A stretch of DNA of 39,176 bases from Candidatus Adlerbacteria bacterium (GCA_903840375.1 CAIMFR010000008.1:1-39176), one strand, 5' to 3'. Shown: positions 29,001 to 37,793, counted from the stretch's first letter. The notes: generated by a model not told the origin, from the letters alone. Translations and numbers: made by a program.

Positions 29001-29545
29001 GCGCTAACTCGACTGGCAACTTGGCACTTGATCAGATGGTCATTAACGTCGCAACCTCTTCGGTTTCGACCGCTAACGGCACCACCTCGGTCACGAACCT
29101 CAAGGTCTATGCGTACACCGACGCTGCACTTTCGAGCGCAGTCGCAGGATACACATCGGGTCTGTTGAACAGCGGCGGCAATGCACTTGCCACACTGGTG
29201 AGCGGCGGCAATAACACCGTTACTCTCGACACGATCCTCACTATCCCTGCAGGTCAGGCTTACTACTTCAAGGTGGTAGGCGATGTAGTCCAGAACGCTG
29301 GTACTACAGGCTCAGCTGGTTCGGTGACGACCAAGCTCATTGGTGATGCTTCATATCCTGACTACCTTGGTCAGCTTATGGCAACCACAAGCGGTATGAT
29401 TAGCAATGCTAATTACCACAACTTCATCTGGTCTCCATTGTCGACAACGACAACAGCGGCTACGACGAATATTGACTGGACCAACGGGTATCAGGTTCCG
29501 GGTCTCCCGTCTGCAGGTACGAACGCTTGGACTCTTACCAAGTAA
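26006..29545 (+). CDS. Large secreted S/T-rich surface (S-layer-like) protein with peptidoglycan-binding domain
   Basis: Signal peptide (VRA-AA); NLTVGSKGADVLALQKFLN...FGPATKAAVMKFQ...GYVGALTRAKLN PG-binding-like domain; poly-Thr linker; beta-rich repeats. Confidence 0.8.
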   Translation: MNITHSYSRLIAVTAGVALAFALSLGATMPVRAAALSQTQIQSILSLLSSFGADQATINNVSASLNGQPTTVTTTIGTTGTGSYTWSTNLTVGSKGADVLALQKFLNKDSGTMVASTGAGSPGMETSTFGPATKAAVMKFQTKYGLSPVAGYVGALTRAKLNSLYTTTTTTTNTTTTTTTTNTAPAGTGLTVNPAAQPANGLLPYSASRISFTNFTVTAGTDGDVVLNSVTVQRTGSAMDVAFSGVELIDMTTGLQVGISHVLNSNHQAIIGQPVTIARGTSRTFTVAANRATQGNHGGEIASFSVVALNTSATVTGSLPIVGAMHTVNETLTIGSVSTTTSSFDPGSNQTKNIGDTNVRFSGIRFTAGSGEDLKLQSISWRQTGSVSSADLANVVTNINGVTYPTTVDSTGKYFTTVVPAGILIAKGNSVDAYIQGDIIGSNAASRTAIFTVDKVTDVYFVGQLYGYGVAPSGTYTPWFSGYTTTIQAGTVSTIGKATEVPAQNIAINLSNQPLGGFVTNFVGEPVSVSGQIFYFDYSTGAASISLLTNVSIVDENGAVVAGPQNGVAVSGTEQSVTFSDSVTFPVGRHVYTIKGTIPSTVANNVTIAASTTPSAWTSPTGQTSGNTVSVGVANFTMNTMTIKAAALSVTLSSTPASQNMVAGGQGMTFANVQLDASQSGEDVRLNSIPMTLTVGGTTGAVASLSSCALYDATGKQLNTGSNVPSSLAASASSNTFTLDNSLIIPKGTVTNLTFKCNVSSAATGTYVWSVLASGFTATGMTSGQSVTVASTAGSSGTMTVASATLAVTLDPSSPAYTIAAAGSTGVTLGVYKFHATNDAINLTKIGLNLGALNTASFASSTAADLTQVSLWANNVQIGTATFTGANRSATSTLTSVVTVPKDGDLVITVKGNLATQGVSQPSHPGAYLAVNIDINGATGSKNTQGTGVGSGIEVDGSGSTAVAGVRVFNTFPTIAVLAPSTTALIAQTGQQLFGFTISANSTGNLALDQMVINVATSSVSTANGTTSVTNLKVYAYTDAALSSAVAGYTSGLLNSGGNALATLVSGGNNTVTLDTILTIPAGQAYYFKVVGDVVQNAGTTGSAGSVTTKLIGDASYPDYLGQLMATTSGMISNANYHNFIWSPLSTTTTAATTNIDWTNGYQVPGLPSAGTNAWTLTK

Positions 29546-29587
29546 TCTACGCCCAGCCGTTTAAGCCCCTGACTTAAACAAAGGACA

Positions 29588-29619
29588 GCAAAAGCCCCTC
29601 CGAAAGGAGGGGCTTTTGC
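29588..29619 (+). terminator. Strong intrinsic terminator
   Basis: Perfect 14-bp stem GCAAAAGCCCCTCC-GAAA-GGAGGGGCTTTTGC. Confidence 0.9.
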
Positions 29620-29720
29620 GTTTCTATATGCGCGATTTCAGTTTAAAAATTTGCTGAATGTATGTTTATTCTCTTTGTGGCAGCTTGCCCTAAACTAGTC
29701 TCGAGGTGTACCATGATCGT

Positions 29721-30524
29721 ATGGAGAAATACAAAACAACTATATTTGTCGTACTTGGGCTGGCTATTATCGCATCTATTGCTGTGTTGTGGTTTGGGCG
29801 TGTTTCGCATAAACAAACACCCGAAGCCTTGTCATCTGTTACGGTGAATAGTCTCGGTGGATCGACCACGGGCATACAAGGAGGTTCGGTGCATATGCTA
29901 CCGCAAGATAGCGCTACCGTCGCGCCAACTGTACCAATGCCAAACCTCGATCGTGCCATTCCTGCAACAACTCCAGACCTCGATGCCGCTGCATACACGC
30001 AACTACTCAAGGATATAAGTGTGGCGGTAGATGATCTCAGGAAAAATCCTGCATCCTATCAGGACTGGATCAATCTCGGTCTCGACAGGCAGATGTTGTC
30101 TGATTATGCAGGTGCAGAGGAAGTGTGGATTTATGCTACTAAACTTGCACCGCAGGGTGAAGTTGCCTTTGCAAATCTTGGCAATCTTTATGAGATTTAT
30201 TTGAAAGAATATTCGCAGTCTGAAACATACTACCAAAAGGCAATAGCCATAAATCCGGCAGATACCAATCTCTACCGCTCACTCTTTGAGCTCTATTCTG
30301 CGCACTACAAACAAGGCACGTCGGCGGCGGAAGATATTTTGAAAGAGGGAATAGCGAAGAATCCGACAGCTCTCGACCTACAAGTTTTGCTGGCGCGTCT
30401 CTATCGTGACACGTCTCGCACCACGGAAGCAAAAGCAGAATACGATGTTGCGATCAAAACCGCCACGGCAATAGGTAATACTCTGGCAGTCAGTCAACTG
30501 CAAACAGAAAAAATCGCATTCTAG
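29721..30524 (+). CDS. Membrane-anchored tetratricopeptide repeat protein
   Basis: N-terminal TM; TPR-like WINLG...YAGAEEVW, AFANLGNLY...YYQKAIAINP. Confidence 0.85.
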   Translation: MEKYKTTIFVVLGLAIIASIAVLWFGRVSHKQTPEALSSVTVNSLGGSTTGIQGGSVHMLPQDSATVAPTVPMPNLDRAIPATTPDLDAAAYTQLLKDISVAVDDLRKNPASYQDWINLGLDRQMLSDYAGAEEVWIYATKLAPQGEVAFANLGNLYEIYLKEYSQSETYYQKAIAINPADTNLYRSLFELYSAHYKQGTSAAEDILKEGIAKNPTALDLQVLLARLYRDTSRTTEAKAEYDVAIKTATAIGNTLAVSQLQTEKIAF

Positions 30525-30605
30525 ATTTTAGTGTAGGAATAAATCGCAGAGGTAAATATTTCCCCCAGTTTGAAAGGGTTGAAAATTCTCAGGAACCTCT
30601 CGTGG

Positions 30606-30614
30606 TTATCCACA
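30606..30614 (+). promoter_or_regulatory. Single consensus DnaA box
   Basis: TTATCCACA, nested in GTGGTT...AACCAC inverted repeat. Confidence 0.4.
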
Positions 30615-30723
30615 AACCACACAAATAAATAAAATCGCATGGTAACTCGCGCGATATACTAGACACCAGGCTAGGTGTGTAGCCTTGTTCGTCGGGGGCT
30701 CTCTATTTAGTAACTTTAACGAT

Positions 30724-31359
30724 ATGTCATATATACGAAGCAAGGTGCGGTTTTTGGTTCTTGCGATTTTGTCCATCGGGGCGAGTCTGACCGTCGGTGC
30801 GGCAGTGGTTGCTGCGGCAACGACTATTAGTACGAATATTCAGACAGACGGCACACTTAGTGTGACAGGCGCGTCGACATTGACCGGTTTAGTTACAATG
30901 AGCGGTGCAGCGACAGTCGGCACGACGCTTAATGTTACAGGCGCAACGACGCTCAGCACAGTTGAGGTAACTGGTGCCGTAACCCTCGACTCCTCGGCAT
31001 CGGTCGGCACGTCGCTTACAGTTGGTACTACTGCAAGCACAAGCAAACTTATAGTTGGAGGCGATTCTGCTGACGGTACGATAAGCGGCATTGTGACGGG
31101 GTACTGCAATATAGCGGCGGTCGGATCGTTCAATGCGTCGACCACGCAAGCAGTGACTTGTGCCAATGCAACCGGTCTGCGAGCCGGTGATCGTGTGTTT
31201 GTCCAAGCAACAAGCTCCCTGCAAACTAACTTCATCATTCAGTACGCATCCACTACGGCAGCCGGTGGCGCTATCACCGTTGGAATTTTAAACGACGGTA
31301 TCGGTACTGCTGTGAATAGCATGACAGCCACCTCTCTCAACTTCTGGGCGGTTCGATAG
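30724..31359 (+). CDS. Secreted beta-repeat (adhesin/fibre-like) protein
   Basis: Signal peptide; repeats of LxVTGAxTL; small C-terminal head domain. Confidence 0.65.
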   Translation: MSYIRSKVRFLVLAILSIGASLTVGAAVVAAATTISTNIQTDGTLSVTGASTLTGLVTMSGAATVGTTLNVTGATTLSTVEVTGAVTLDSSASVGTSLTVGTTASTSKLIVGGDSADGTISGIVTGYCNIAAVGSFNASTTQAVTCANATGLRAGDRVFVQATSSLQTNFIIQYASTTAAGGAITVGILNDGIGTAVNSMTATSLNFWAVR

Positions 31360-31391
31360 TAAGTGCGCATTATTACTAACCTATCTCTGAT

Positions 31392-32153
31392 ATGATACGC
31401 GCACTTTCACGGGCGGGAATCGGGATACTGTTGCTGGTGCCTGCACTTGCGCTCGCATCCAACGACGTAACTCTTGATTCTAATACCGTCATTAATTCAG
31501 GTGGTGTCAATCTCACGGTGAGTGGCGCGAGCCTCGACACTATCGCCGTCGACAGCAGTACATTCACGGTGACGTTGTCCAGCGGTGGAAACATCAATGT
31601 GACATCGGCAGACAAGCGGACGCTCTCGATGTCTACCGATGTTCAGTACATCACATCCAGTTTCGTTTGCGGTCCTTCCAATTCGACACTTGCTATCTCA
31701 TCGTCAAAGGCAACACCGGTTACGGTGACTGTCACCGTTGGCGCAGCCTGTAATAATTCCGGCGGCGGCGGTGGAGGTATCATGAGCGGCGGAAGTGGTG
31801 GTGGCAGTGTGGGAATTGTTGCCACACCGATCACGTTCCCAACTACTACGACCATGCCGGCAATAAACACTCCTAATGTGCCCGTATATACACCACCGGA
31901 GGTGGTGATGACATTCAAGAAAAACTTGACCGCCGGCTCGGTCAGTGCAGACGTGAAGAATCTCCAGGTGTACCTCAACACACGCGGATTCACGGTAGCG
32001 AAGATGGGTGCAGGCTCGCCCGGTAAGGAAACAAAGACATTCGGTCCGGCAACCAGAGTCGCGCTTATAAAATTCCAAAAGAGTGTAGGTATAATTCCTG
32101 CATCAGGCTACTTCGGTCCGGTAACAAGAGCGTACGTCACAGCTCATCAGTAA
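31392..32153 (+). CDS. Secreted protein with C-terminal peptidoglycan-binding domain
   Basis: Signal peptide (ALA-S); Gly-rich linker; NLTAGS..ADVKNLQVYLN...GAGSPGKET..FGPATR.ALIKFQ. Confidence 0.8.
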   Translation: MIRALSRAGIGILLLVPALALASNDVTLDSNTVINSGGVNLTVSGASLDTIAVDSSTFTVTLSSGGNINVTSADKRTLSMSTDVQYITSSFVCGPSNSTLAISSSKATPVTVTVTVGAACNNSGGGGGGIMSGGSGGGSVGIVATPITFPTTTTMPAINTPNVPVYTPPEVVMTFKKNLTAGSVSADVKNLQVYLNTRGFTVAKMGAGSPGKETKTFGPATRVALIKFQKSVGIIPASGYFGPVTRAYVTAHQ

Positions 32154-32200
32154 GTAAAAAGTCCAAAGTTAGAGCTAAAGTTTTTGAGTTCGATTTTTTA

Positions 32201-32236
32201 GAACAACCCCCTCCTTTTTATAGGATGGGGTTGTTC
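32201..32236. terminator. Terminator between convergent genes
   Basis: GAACAACCCC...GGGGTTGTTC hairpin. Confidence 0.7.
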
Positions 32237-32263
32237 ATACGTTAACGCGAAAGAACGGCCGAA

Positions 32264-32815
32264 CTATTTTTTCGTTCCGAGTTCGGTCTTGAGATAGGCA
32301 AGCATCGTATCCGCATCGGATACTTGGAACGGGTCATCGGTGCAATTGTCGGAGAGCCCCGGTTCGACGAACATTTTTTGTATAGAGCCGTCCTTTACAT
32401 GCATGCTGTATCGCCACGAACGATAGCCGAAGCCGAGATTTTCTTTTTTCACCAGCATTCCCATCATGCGAGTAAAGTCCGCATTGCCGTCCGGCAGCAT
32501 GAAAATATTTTTCACATCGAGATTTTTCGCCCACTGGAACATGGTGAAGGCGTCATTCACCGACAGACAAATGACCGTATCGATACCGAGCTTGATGAAC
32601 TCATCGTACTTCGCTTCATATCCCGGTAAGTGTGTCGATGAGCATGTTGGCGTAAAAGCGCCGGGCAAGCCGAAGAGAATCACCTCCTTGCCCTTGAAAA
32701 TGTCGTCGCTCGACAAGTTATGCCAGCGGAAAGGGTTCGCCCCACCAACTGCTTCATCCCGCACCCGCGTCTTGAAAATAATAGAAGGAACTTTTTGTGT
32801 GTGTTGTGTAGTCAT
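32264..32815 (-). CDS. Peroxiredoxin (Prx5/redoxin family)
   Basis: LPGAFTPTCSSTHLPGY, SVNDAF, PDGNADFT, GFGYRSWRYSM. Confidence 0.93.
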   Translation of the reverse strand: MTTQHTQKVPSIIFKTRVRDEAVGGANPFRWHNLSSDDIFKGKEVILFGLPGAFTPTCSSTHLPGYEAKYDEFIKLGIDTVICLSVNDAFTMFQWAKNLDVKNIFMLPDGNADFTRMMGMLVKKENLGFGYRSWRYSMHVKDGSIQKMFVEPGLSDNCTDDPFQVSDADTMLAYLKTELGTKK

Positions 32816-32953
32816 AGAAATTTAGTATACACGAAGCCCACTTCTTTTATGTATTCCTACCGGGTAAGGATTGTTTGTTTTCTGGACACCTTGCGCTGCT
32901 TGTTATATGCTCGCGATATTAGTAGGGGAGTAACAAGTCTATTTATTTTTTAT

Positions 32954-33556
32954 ATGGAGAAAGTGAAACATTTTTTGCACACCTTTTGGCATATCGTTCG
33001 CTGGCCTTTTTATGTTTTGCTTGCTCTATATATCGGGCTTGTTGTTTATCGCATACCGGCGGCGATGGATAGAAATAAGACACAGCAGGCGATCGACTTC
33101 ATTCACTCGCAGAAGATAACTCTCGCCGATGTGATGGGTACAAACCTTCCGCCTCCGCCTGACGTGGCGAAGAATAATGCGACAGTCGAGGGTATAGATG
33201 TCAACAACAACGGCATCCGCGACGATGTCGAACTCGCCATCTTCAAACTCCACCCGAACGAAGCGAAAGTAAGAGCAGCAGAGTTGCAGTATGCACTCGG
33301 CATACAAATAATGATGACGAAAGTTAATAATTCGGATACGTGGAAGGTGGCTGCGGATAAAAAAGCTTTCGGACATTTTTGTATTGCGCAAATAACACCT
33401 AAGGCTGTTGATAGGTTGGCGAAAGAAGTAGAAGATCTTGTGTTGAATCTGGATGACCGAAAGCAGGCTTATGGATATGCATTTAATTTCATCTCTAGTT
33501 ATGGTTCATACAAGCAAAACCCTTGCGATGTCGATTTAGCATCATTGCCGAATTAA
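32954..33556 (+). CDS. Membrane-anchored protein with DxNxNG Ca-binding-like loop
   Basis: TM near the N-terminus; GIDVNNNGIRDDVE; two Cys. Confidence 0.7.
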   Translation: MEKVKHFLHTFWHIVRWPFYVLLALYIGLVVYRIPAAMDRNKTQQAIDFIHSQKITLADVMGTNLPPPPDVAKNNATVEGIDVNNNGIRDDVELAIFKLHPNEAKVRAAELQYALGIQIMMTKVNNSDTWKVAADKKAFGHFCIAQITPKAVDRLAKEVEDLVLNLDDRKQAYGYAFNFISSYGSYKQNPCDVDLASLPN

Positions 33557-33579
33557 CAAGATTGTGTGGTGTAAGCAAT

Positions 33580-35778
33580 ATGGATATGAAAAAAATATAC
33601 GGAATGTATCGGATGATTGGAATGGTTGTGGTGACTGTGTGGTTGTTGTCTGTTCCTGTTTCTGTGCATGCAGCTTCGTGTTCTGCGAATGGATACACTG
33701 TTGTGTTTGTTAACGGGGTTTCAACTACTAAGTCGGAGGCAGATGCCGCCAGAATTTCCCTTCAGGAAAAACTGAAGTTTGCATACAAAGGTCAGCCTCT
33801 AACAGTAACCCTTGCCTACAACGCTCAACACCTCGCCGGCGCTGCTGATATTGTTGAGGCTGTTTCTCAAATGATGTCTGCCCCTTTGTCCGACTACGAT
33901 CTGCATGCGGCTTTGCGTCAGATGTCCGGTGATGTGACCACTCGCAAACTTATTGTGCTCGGCTATTCGCAGGGCGCTCTGTATGCCAACTCGATGTACG
34001 ACTATCTCACCGCAAATGGTGAGCCGAAAAGTTCGCTTAGCATTTACGCTGTTGCAACACCTGCCTCATACGTCGCTGGTGGTGGAACATACACTACGTC
34101 AAACCTCGATGCGGTCATCCTGGGTGTCACTGCCGCCGCTAAAAAAGTTGGCATCCCTGCGCCGCTTCCCGCCGATGCAGCCCTTTCGGTGTACACCTCC
34201 GACCCGCTTGTGTCGCACCAATTTGATACTTATATAAATGGAGCGTCAGACAAAATTGTTTCAGATATTGATGCCGAGCTTGATCAATTGAAACCCGATT
34301 GGCCGTCCGACACCGAGCCGTGTTTCTTCCCGCCGGATATGTCGGCGAGCGACAATGCGCAGCAGACATTTTTCACTGTTGCCGACCCTATTGCTAGTGT
34401 GATGACCATCAGTGTTGTTGCTACTGCACAGACGACCGTCTCCGTGGTGAAGACAGCCTATGCCGCTGTTTCCAACGCACTCGCCGCCGTCGCGAATGTG
34501 CTGAAGCAGACCGTTTCAAATCCCGCCTCGCCTGCGAACACGGCAAAAAATTTCAATGTAGTGAACAAGCTGTATGGTTCGAGTGTGGACAGTTCGGAAG
34601 GTCGGGAACTTATGGGAAATAATCAAGGCGCGGCAGTCGCTTTGGCACTAAATGATCAGGCGCCGGCATTGGATGATAAACAGCAGAATGTTATTTCCAC
34701 GGCCCCGGCGGTAGTCGCAAGTACGACTATTATTTTAGATGCAACCTCGGCTACTTCTACTTCGACAAGTGTTCTGCATGCAACAACTACGTTGCCGGTC
34801 GCTGCATATTCAGGTGGAGGTGGTGGGGCGAACCGCAGCAGTCCACCGCCTGAACAAGGAACGGATTCGGATTCTTCGCAGGACACAACGGCAACCGAAA
34901 CTCCGTATGTTCCGCCGATTCTTTTTGATGCATCTACTGCACCGCCGGTTCTTTCGGTAGACGGTTGCGCTGCGAATCCGTGTACAGTTTCAATCACCGC
35001 AATAACGCTTCATTGGACGACTCCGACCGGTACGGTGGCTTCTGTTCCGTCGATCAATTCAATACCGCAGGCGACCACTACTGCGTCATCTACAACCTTG
35101 ACGCTCGCTGACATGGCAACATCTACCGTCACTATCACGGTTTATGACGCATCGTCCACACCTCTCACATCTGCGACCACGACGATATATGTCCTCACTC
35201 CGCCGCCGCCTTTTACTCCGCACGGATTCTTTTCCGACACCCTTGATAATTTTGACACGTCGACATGGTTCACGTTCGGCGGGTCGGCTGTTAATTTCAT
35301 CCAAGCCACAGACACCGACAATGGTCCGTGCGTCAGCGGCAACTGCATCCTCGGGTATGCAGACAGCTCCGACATTCCGCGCACCTATCATGAGAACGCT
35401 GCCAACCCACTGACCGAAGGTTCTTTCACAGTCTACGCCAAGGCACAGAACGGAGCTTTTCACTCGCTGTTTCCGGTATTCTCTATATGCTCTGCAAATT
35501 CAGCTTGTGTTGATGGCACCGGTCGCCTCGACATCGTTGATGCTATCCAGTATCCGTTTGATGATGTATGGCACAAATATGCGATCTTCTGGAGACAGGG
35601 AACTTCTCATGTCGAGACGTGTGTCTTGACCGATAGCACCGATGTGCGCTTCTGTATATGGAAAGATTCCGGCGCGGCGCTCGGCATTACCTATGACGCC
35701 CTGGCACTCTGGTCGACGAATGGCTACCGCTCCGACCTCGGAGAAAAAATTTGGTTTGACGAGGTGTCTGGAAATTAA
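33580..35778 (+). CDS. Secreted alpha/beta-hydrolase (GYSQG) domain protein with S/T-rich stalk and C-terminal beta domain
   Basis: Signal peptide (VHA-A), VVFVNGV, nucleophile elbow LGYSQGALYAN, later SH..D.Y; Cys-paired C-terminal domain. Confidence 0.7.
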   Translation: MDMKKIYGMYRMIGMVVVTVWLLSVPVSVHAASCSANGYTVVFVNGVSTTKSEADAARISLQEKLKFAYKGQPLTVTLAYNAQHLAGAADIVEAVSQMMSAPLSDYDLHAALRQMSGDVTTRKLIVLGYSQGALYANSMYDYLTANGEPKSSLSIYAVATPASYVAGGGTYTTSNLDAVILGVTAAAKKVGIPAPLPADAALSVYTSDPLVSHQFDTYINGASDKIVSDIDAELDQLKPDWPSDTEPCFFPPDMSASDNAQQTFFTVADPIASVMTISVVATAQTTVSVVKTAYAAVSNALAAVANVLKQTVSNPASPANTAKNFNVVNKLYGSSVDSSEGRELMGNNQGAAVALALNDQAPALDDKQQNVISTAPAVVASTTIILDATSATSTSTSVLHATTTLPVAAYSGGGGGANRSSPPPEQGTDSDSSQDTTATETPYVPPILFDASTAPPVLSVDGCAANPCTVSITAITLHWTTPTGTVASVPSINSIPQATTTASSTTLTLADMATSTVTITVYDASSTPLTSATTTIYVLTPPPPFTPHGFFSDTLDNFDTSTWFTFGGSAVNFIQATDTDNGPCVSGNCILGYADSSDIPRTYHENAANPLTEGSFTVYAKAQNGAFHSLFPVFSICSANSACVDGTGRLDIVDAIQYPFDDVWHKYAIFWRQGTSHVETCVLTDSTDVRFCIWKDSGAALGITYDALALWSTNGYRSDLGEKIWFDEVSGN

Positions 35779-35804
35779 GACAGTATGATAGAATTGAAAC
35801 CAAG

Positions 35805-35951
35805 ATGAAGCGATACTTCACCAAAACATTTTTTCACTATTTCTTCGGGTTTGTCGGGATCATAGTCTTGGCTTTTGTGGCATTAGGGTTTGTTTCCGAG
35901 AAGAATAACATTCAGCCGCAGGCGATTGACAATGTCGCCCAGCCGAGATAA
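35805..35951 (+). CDS. Small membrane protein, 48 aa (MKRYFTKTFFHYFFGFVGIIVLAFVALGFVSEKNNIQPQAIDNVAQPR)
   Basis: TGA-TAGAAT -10 element upstream; single TM helix. Confidence 0.6.
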   Translation: MKRYFTKTFFHYFFGFVGIIVLAFVALGFVSEKNNIQPQAIDNVAQPR

Positions 35952-35954
35952 TCT
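35926..35954 (+). promoter_or_regulatory. rplJL promoter
   Basis: TTGACA-17 nt-TAATCT. Confidence 0.6.
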
Positions 35955-35963
35955 CACATCATA

Positions 35964-36109
35964 GGCCAAAGACAGTCGGTCCTGCATATGCGGGGTAATG
36001 TCGAAGACACAATATCTTAGACGCCGGCCAAGGTCGAAACTCTTAATCCTCTCGGAAAATATTCGAGAGAACGGGTGTCGAAGGCCTCTTTACCAGCAGA
36101 GGTTTTTTT
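35964..36109 (+). ncRNA. Ribosomal protein L10 leader (with attenuator-like hairpin)
   Basis: GCCAAAGACAGTCGG...TAA...CCGGCCAAGGTC matches the L10-leader pattern; directly 5' of rplJ; ends in CCTCT...AGAGG-T run. Confidence 0.8.
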
Positions 36110-36127
36110 GTTTACACGTTTACACAC

Positions 36128-36622
36128 ATGGCAATCACCAAACAGAAAAAGGAGGAGATAGTCAGCAAGATGAGCGACATCGTGTCCAATGCAAAGACGC
36201 TTGTTTTCGCGAAGTTCACCGGCCTCACTGTCGCTGAACAGAACGAGATGCGCCGTGCGTTGCGCGCACAGGATGTCGGGTACACGGTCGCGAAGAAGTC
36301 GCTTATGCGTCGCGCATTCGACAAGGCTAATTTTGCCGGTACAGCGCCGACTCTCGTTGGAGAGACAGCGGTCGCTTACGGTGCAGATGAGCTCGCGCCG
36401 GCTCGTGAGTTGGCAGTATTCGTCAAGAAATTCCCGGAGCACCTCGTCTTCGCGGGCGGCGTGTTCGGCGGCTCGTATGTCGATGCGGCGATGATCAAAT
36501 CCATTGCGGCAATACCGGGCATGCAAACACTCCGTGCTCAATTCGTTCACATTATAAACAGCCCGCTTCAGAAGCTTGCGGTCGTTATAGATCAAGTGGC
36601 TTCTAAAAAAGAGCAGGCGTAA
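36128..36622 (+). CDS. rplJ: 50S ribosomal protein L10
   Basis: [18 protein letters not shown]...[15 protein letters not shown]; upstream of rplL. Confidence 0.95.
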   Translation: MAITKQKKEEIVSKMSDIVSNAKTLVFAKFTGLTVAEQNEMRRALRAQDVGYTVAKKSLMRRAFDKANFAGTAPTLVGETAVAYGADELAPARELAVFVKKFPEHLVFAGGVFGGSYVDAAMIKSIAAIPGMQTLRAQFVHIINSPLQKLAVVIDQVASKKEQA

Positions 36623-36632
36623 AAAATTATTT

Positions 36633-37037
36633 ATGGCAGAAGAAACAATAACAGCAGAAGCGGCAGTTGAAGTGCCGGCAAAGTTCAAGACTCTCGTTGA
36701 GTCGATAGACAAGCTCACCGTGCTCGAGCTCCACGAACTCGTGAAGGTTCTCGAGGCGAAGTTTGGTGTCTCGGCAGCGGCGGTCGCAGTCGCGGCTCCG
36801 GTAGCAGCAGAGGCAGCGGAGGAAAAGTCTTCCTTCAATGTCCACCTCACCGATGCAGGCTTGCAGAAAGTTCAAGTTATCAAGGCTATAAAAGACGCTC
36901 TCGGTCTCGGCCTCAAGGAAGCGAAGGACCTCGTAGACACGGTTCCGTCAGTCCTCAAGGAAGGAATGAAGAAAGAGGATGCAGCCAAGATCAAAGAGGC
37001 GATAGAAAAAGCCGGCGGTAAAGTCGAGCTCAAATAA
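36633..37037 (+). CDS. rplL: 50S ribosomal protein L7/L12
   Basis: [51 protein letters not shown]. Confidence 0.98.
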   Translation: MAEETITAEAAVEVPAKFKTLVESIDKLTVLELHELVKVLEAKFGVSAAAVAVAAPVAAEAAEEKSSFNVHLTDAGLQKVQVIKAIKDALGLGLKEAKDLVDTVPSVLKEGMKKEDAAKIKEAIEKAGGKVELK

Positions 37038-37117
37038 ATCGCTTGCGATTAATAAAGGCGCGAGATGCCGCAGCATGCGGCGCAGAGTTGAAATAATTTC
37101 AACAAAGCATGCAATAG

Positions 37118-37152
37118 AAAAACCTCCCAAGGGAAACCTCGGGAGGTTTTTT
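37118..37152 (+). terminator. Intrinsic terminator of rplJL
   Basis: AAAAACCTCCC...GGGAGGTTTTT hairpin. Confidence 0.85.
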
Positions 37153-37205
37153 GCGTTATGTGCGACTTTTGACTAGAATGGCAGAGCAAGACTGCTAGAC
37201 AGATT

Positions 37206-37793
37206 ATGACTGATGGATTACAGAAACTCTTTGGTTCGACTGCTCGCATAAAACTGCTGCGTCTTTTTTTATTCAACCCGCGACAATCGTTCACGCTTAT
37301 AGATGCCGCACAGCGTGCAAGTGTCACAGACAAAGAGGCGAAGCATGAGCTGGCAATGTTTTTGGATATAGGGCTCATCGTGCGTTCGCGCCGTGCGGCG
37401 AAAGAAGTTCAGTATAATTTGAACGGAAATTTTTCCCACGTCGCGGCACTGCAAGATCTGTTGCTAAATGCGCCGGCGCGCGCGAATGATATTCAGGGCA
37501 GACTGCGCCCTGCAGGTTTGATGAAATTCATCGTGCTTTCCGGCGTCTTTACTGGCGAGTGGAACGGGCGGCTCGACATTCTCATCGTTGGCGACAAGGT
37601 GAAGGCGTCGCTTTTGCGCAAACAGATCCACCAGCTTGAGTCGGAGATAGGCAAGGAGCTTCGTTACGCACTCCTCACAAGCGAAGACTTTCTCTATCGT
37701 GTCAACATGAATGACAAACTCGTGCGCGACGTTCTCGATTATCCGCACAAAGTGGTGCTGAATAAGTTCAACAGCTCTCTCAAGTTTAAATGA
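37206..37793 (+). CDS. wHTH plus degenerate nucleotidyltransferase-like domain protein
   Basis: LFGSTARIKLLRLFLFNP (wHTH-like); LSGVF......LDILIVGD (NTase-like fold without the canonical DxD). Confidence 0.65.
   Translation: MTDGLQKLFGSTARIKLLRLFLFNPRQSFTLIDAAQRASVTDKEAKHELAMFLDIGLIVRSRRAAKEVQYNLNGNFSHVAALQDLLLNAPARANDIQGRLRPAGLMKFIVLSGVFTGEWNGRLDILIVGDKVKASLLRKQIHQLESEIGKELRYALLTSEDFLYRVNMNDKLVRDVLDYPHKVVLNKFNSSLKFK

Noticed and set aside
30540..30660. Possible replication origin
   Set aside because: Only one perfect DnaA box, no box cluster and no dnaA/dnaN nearby
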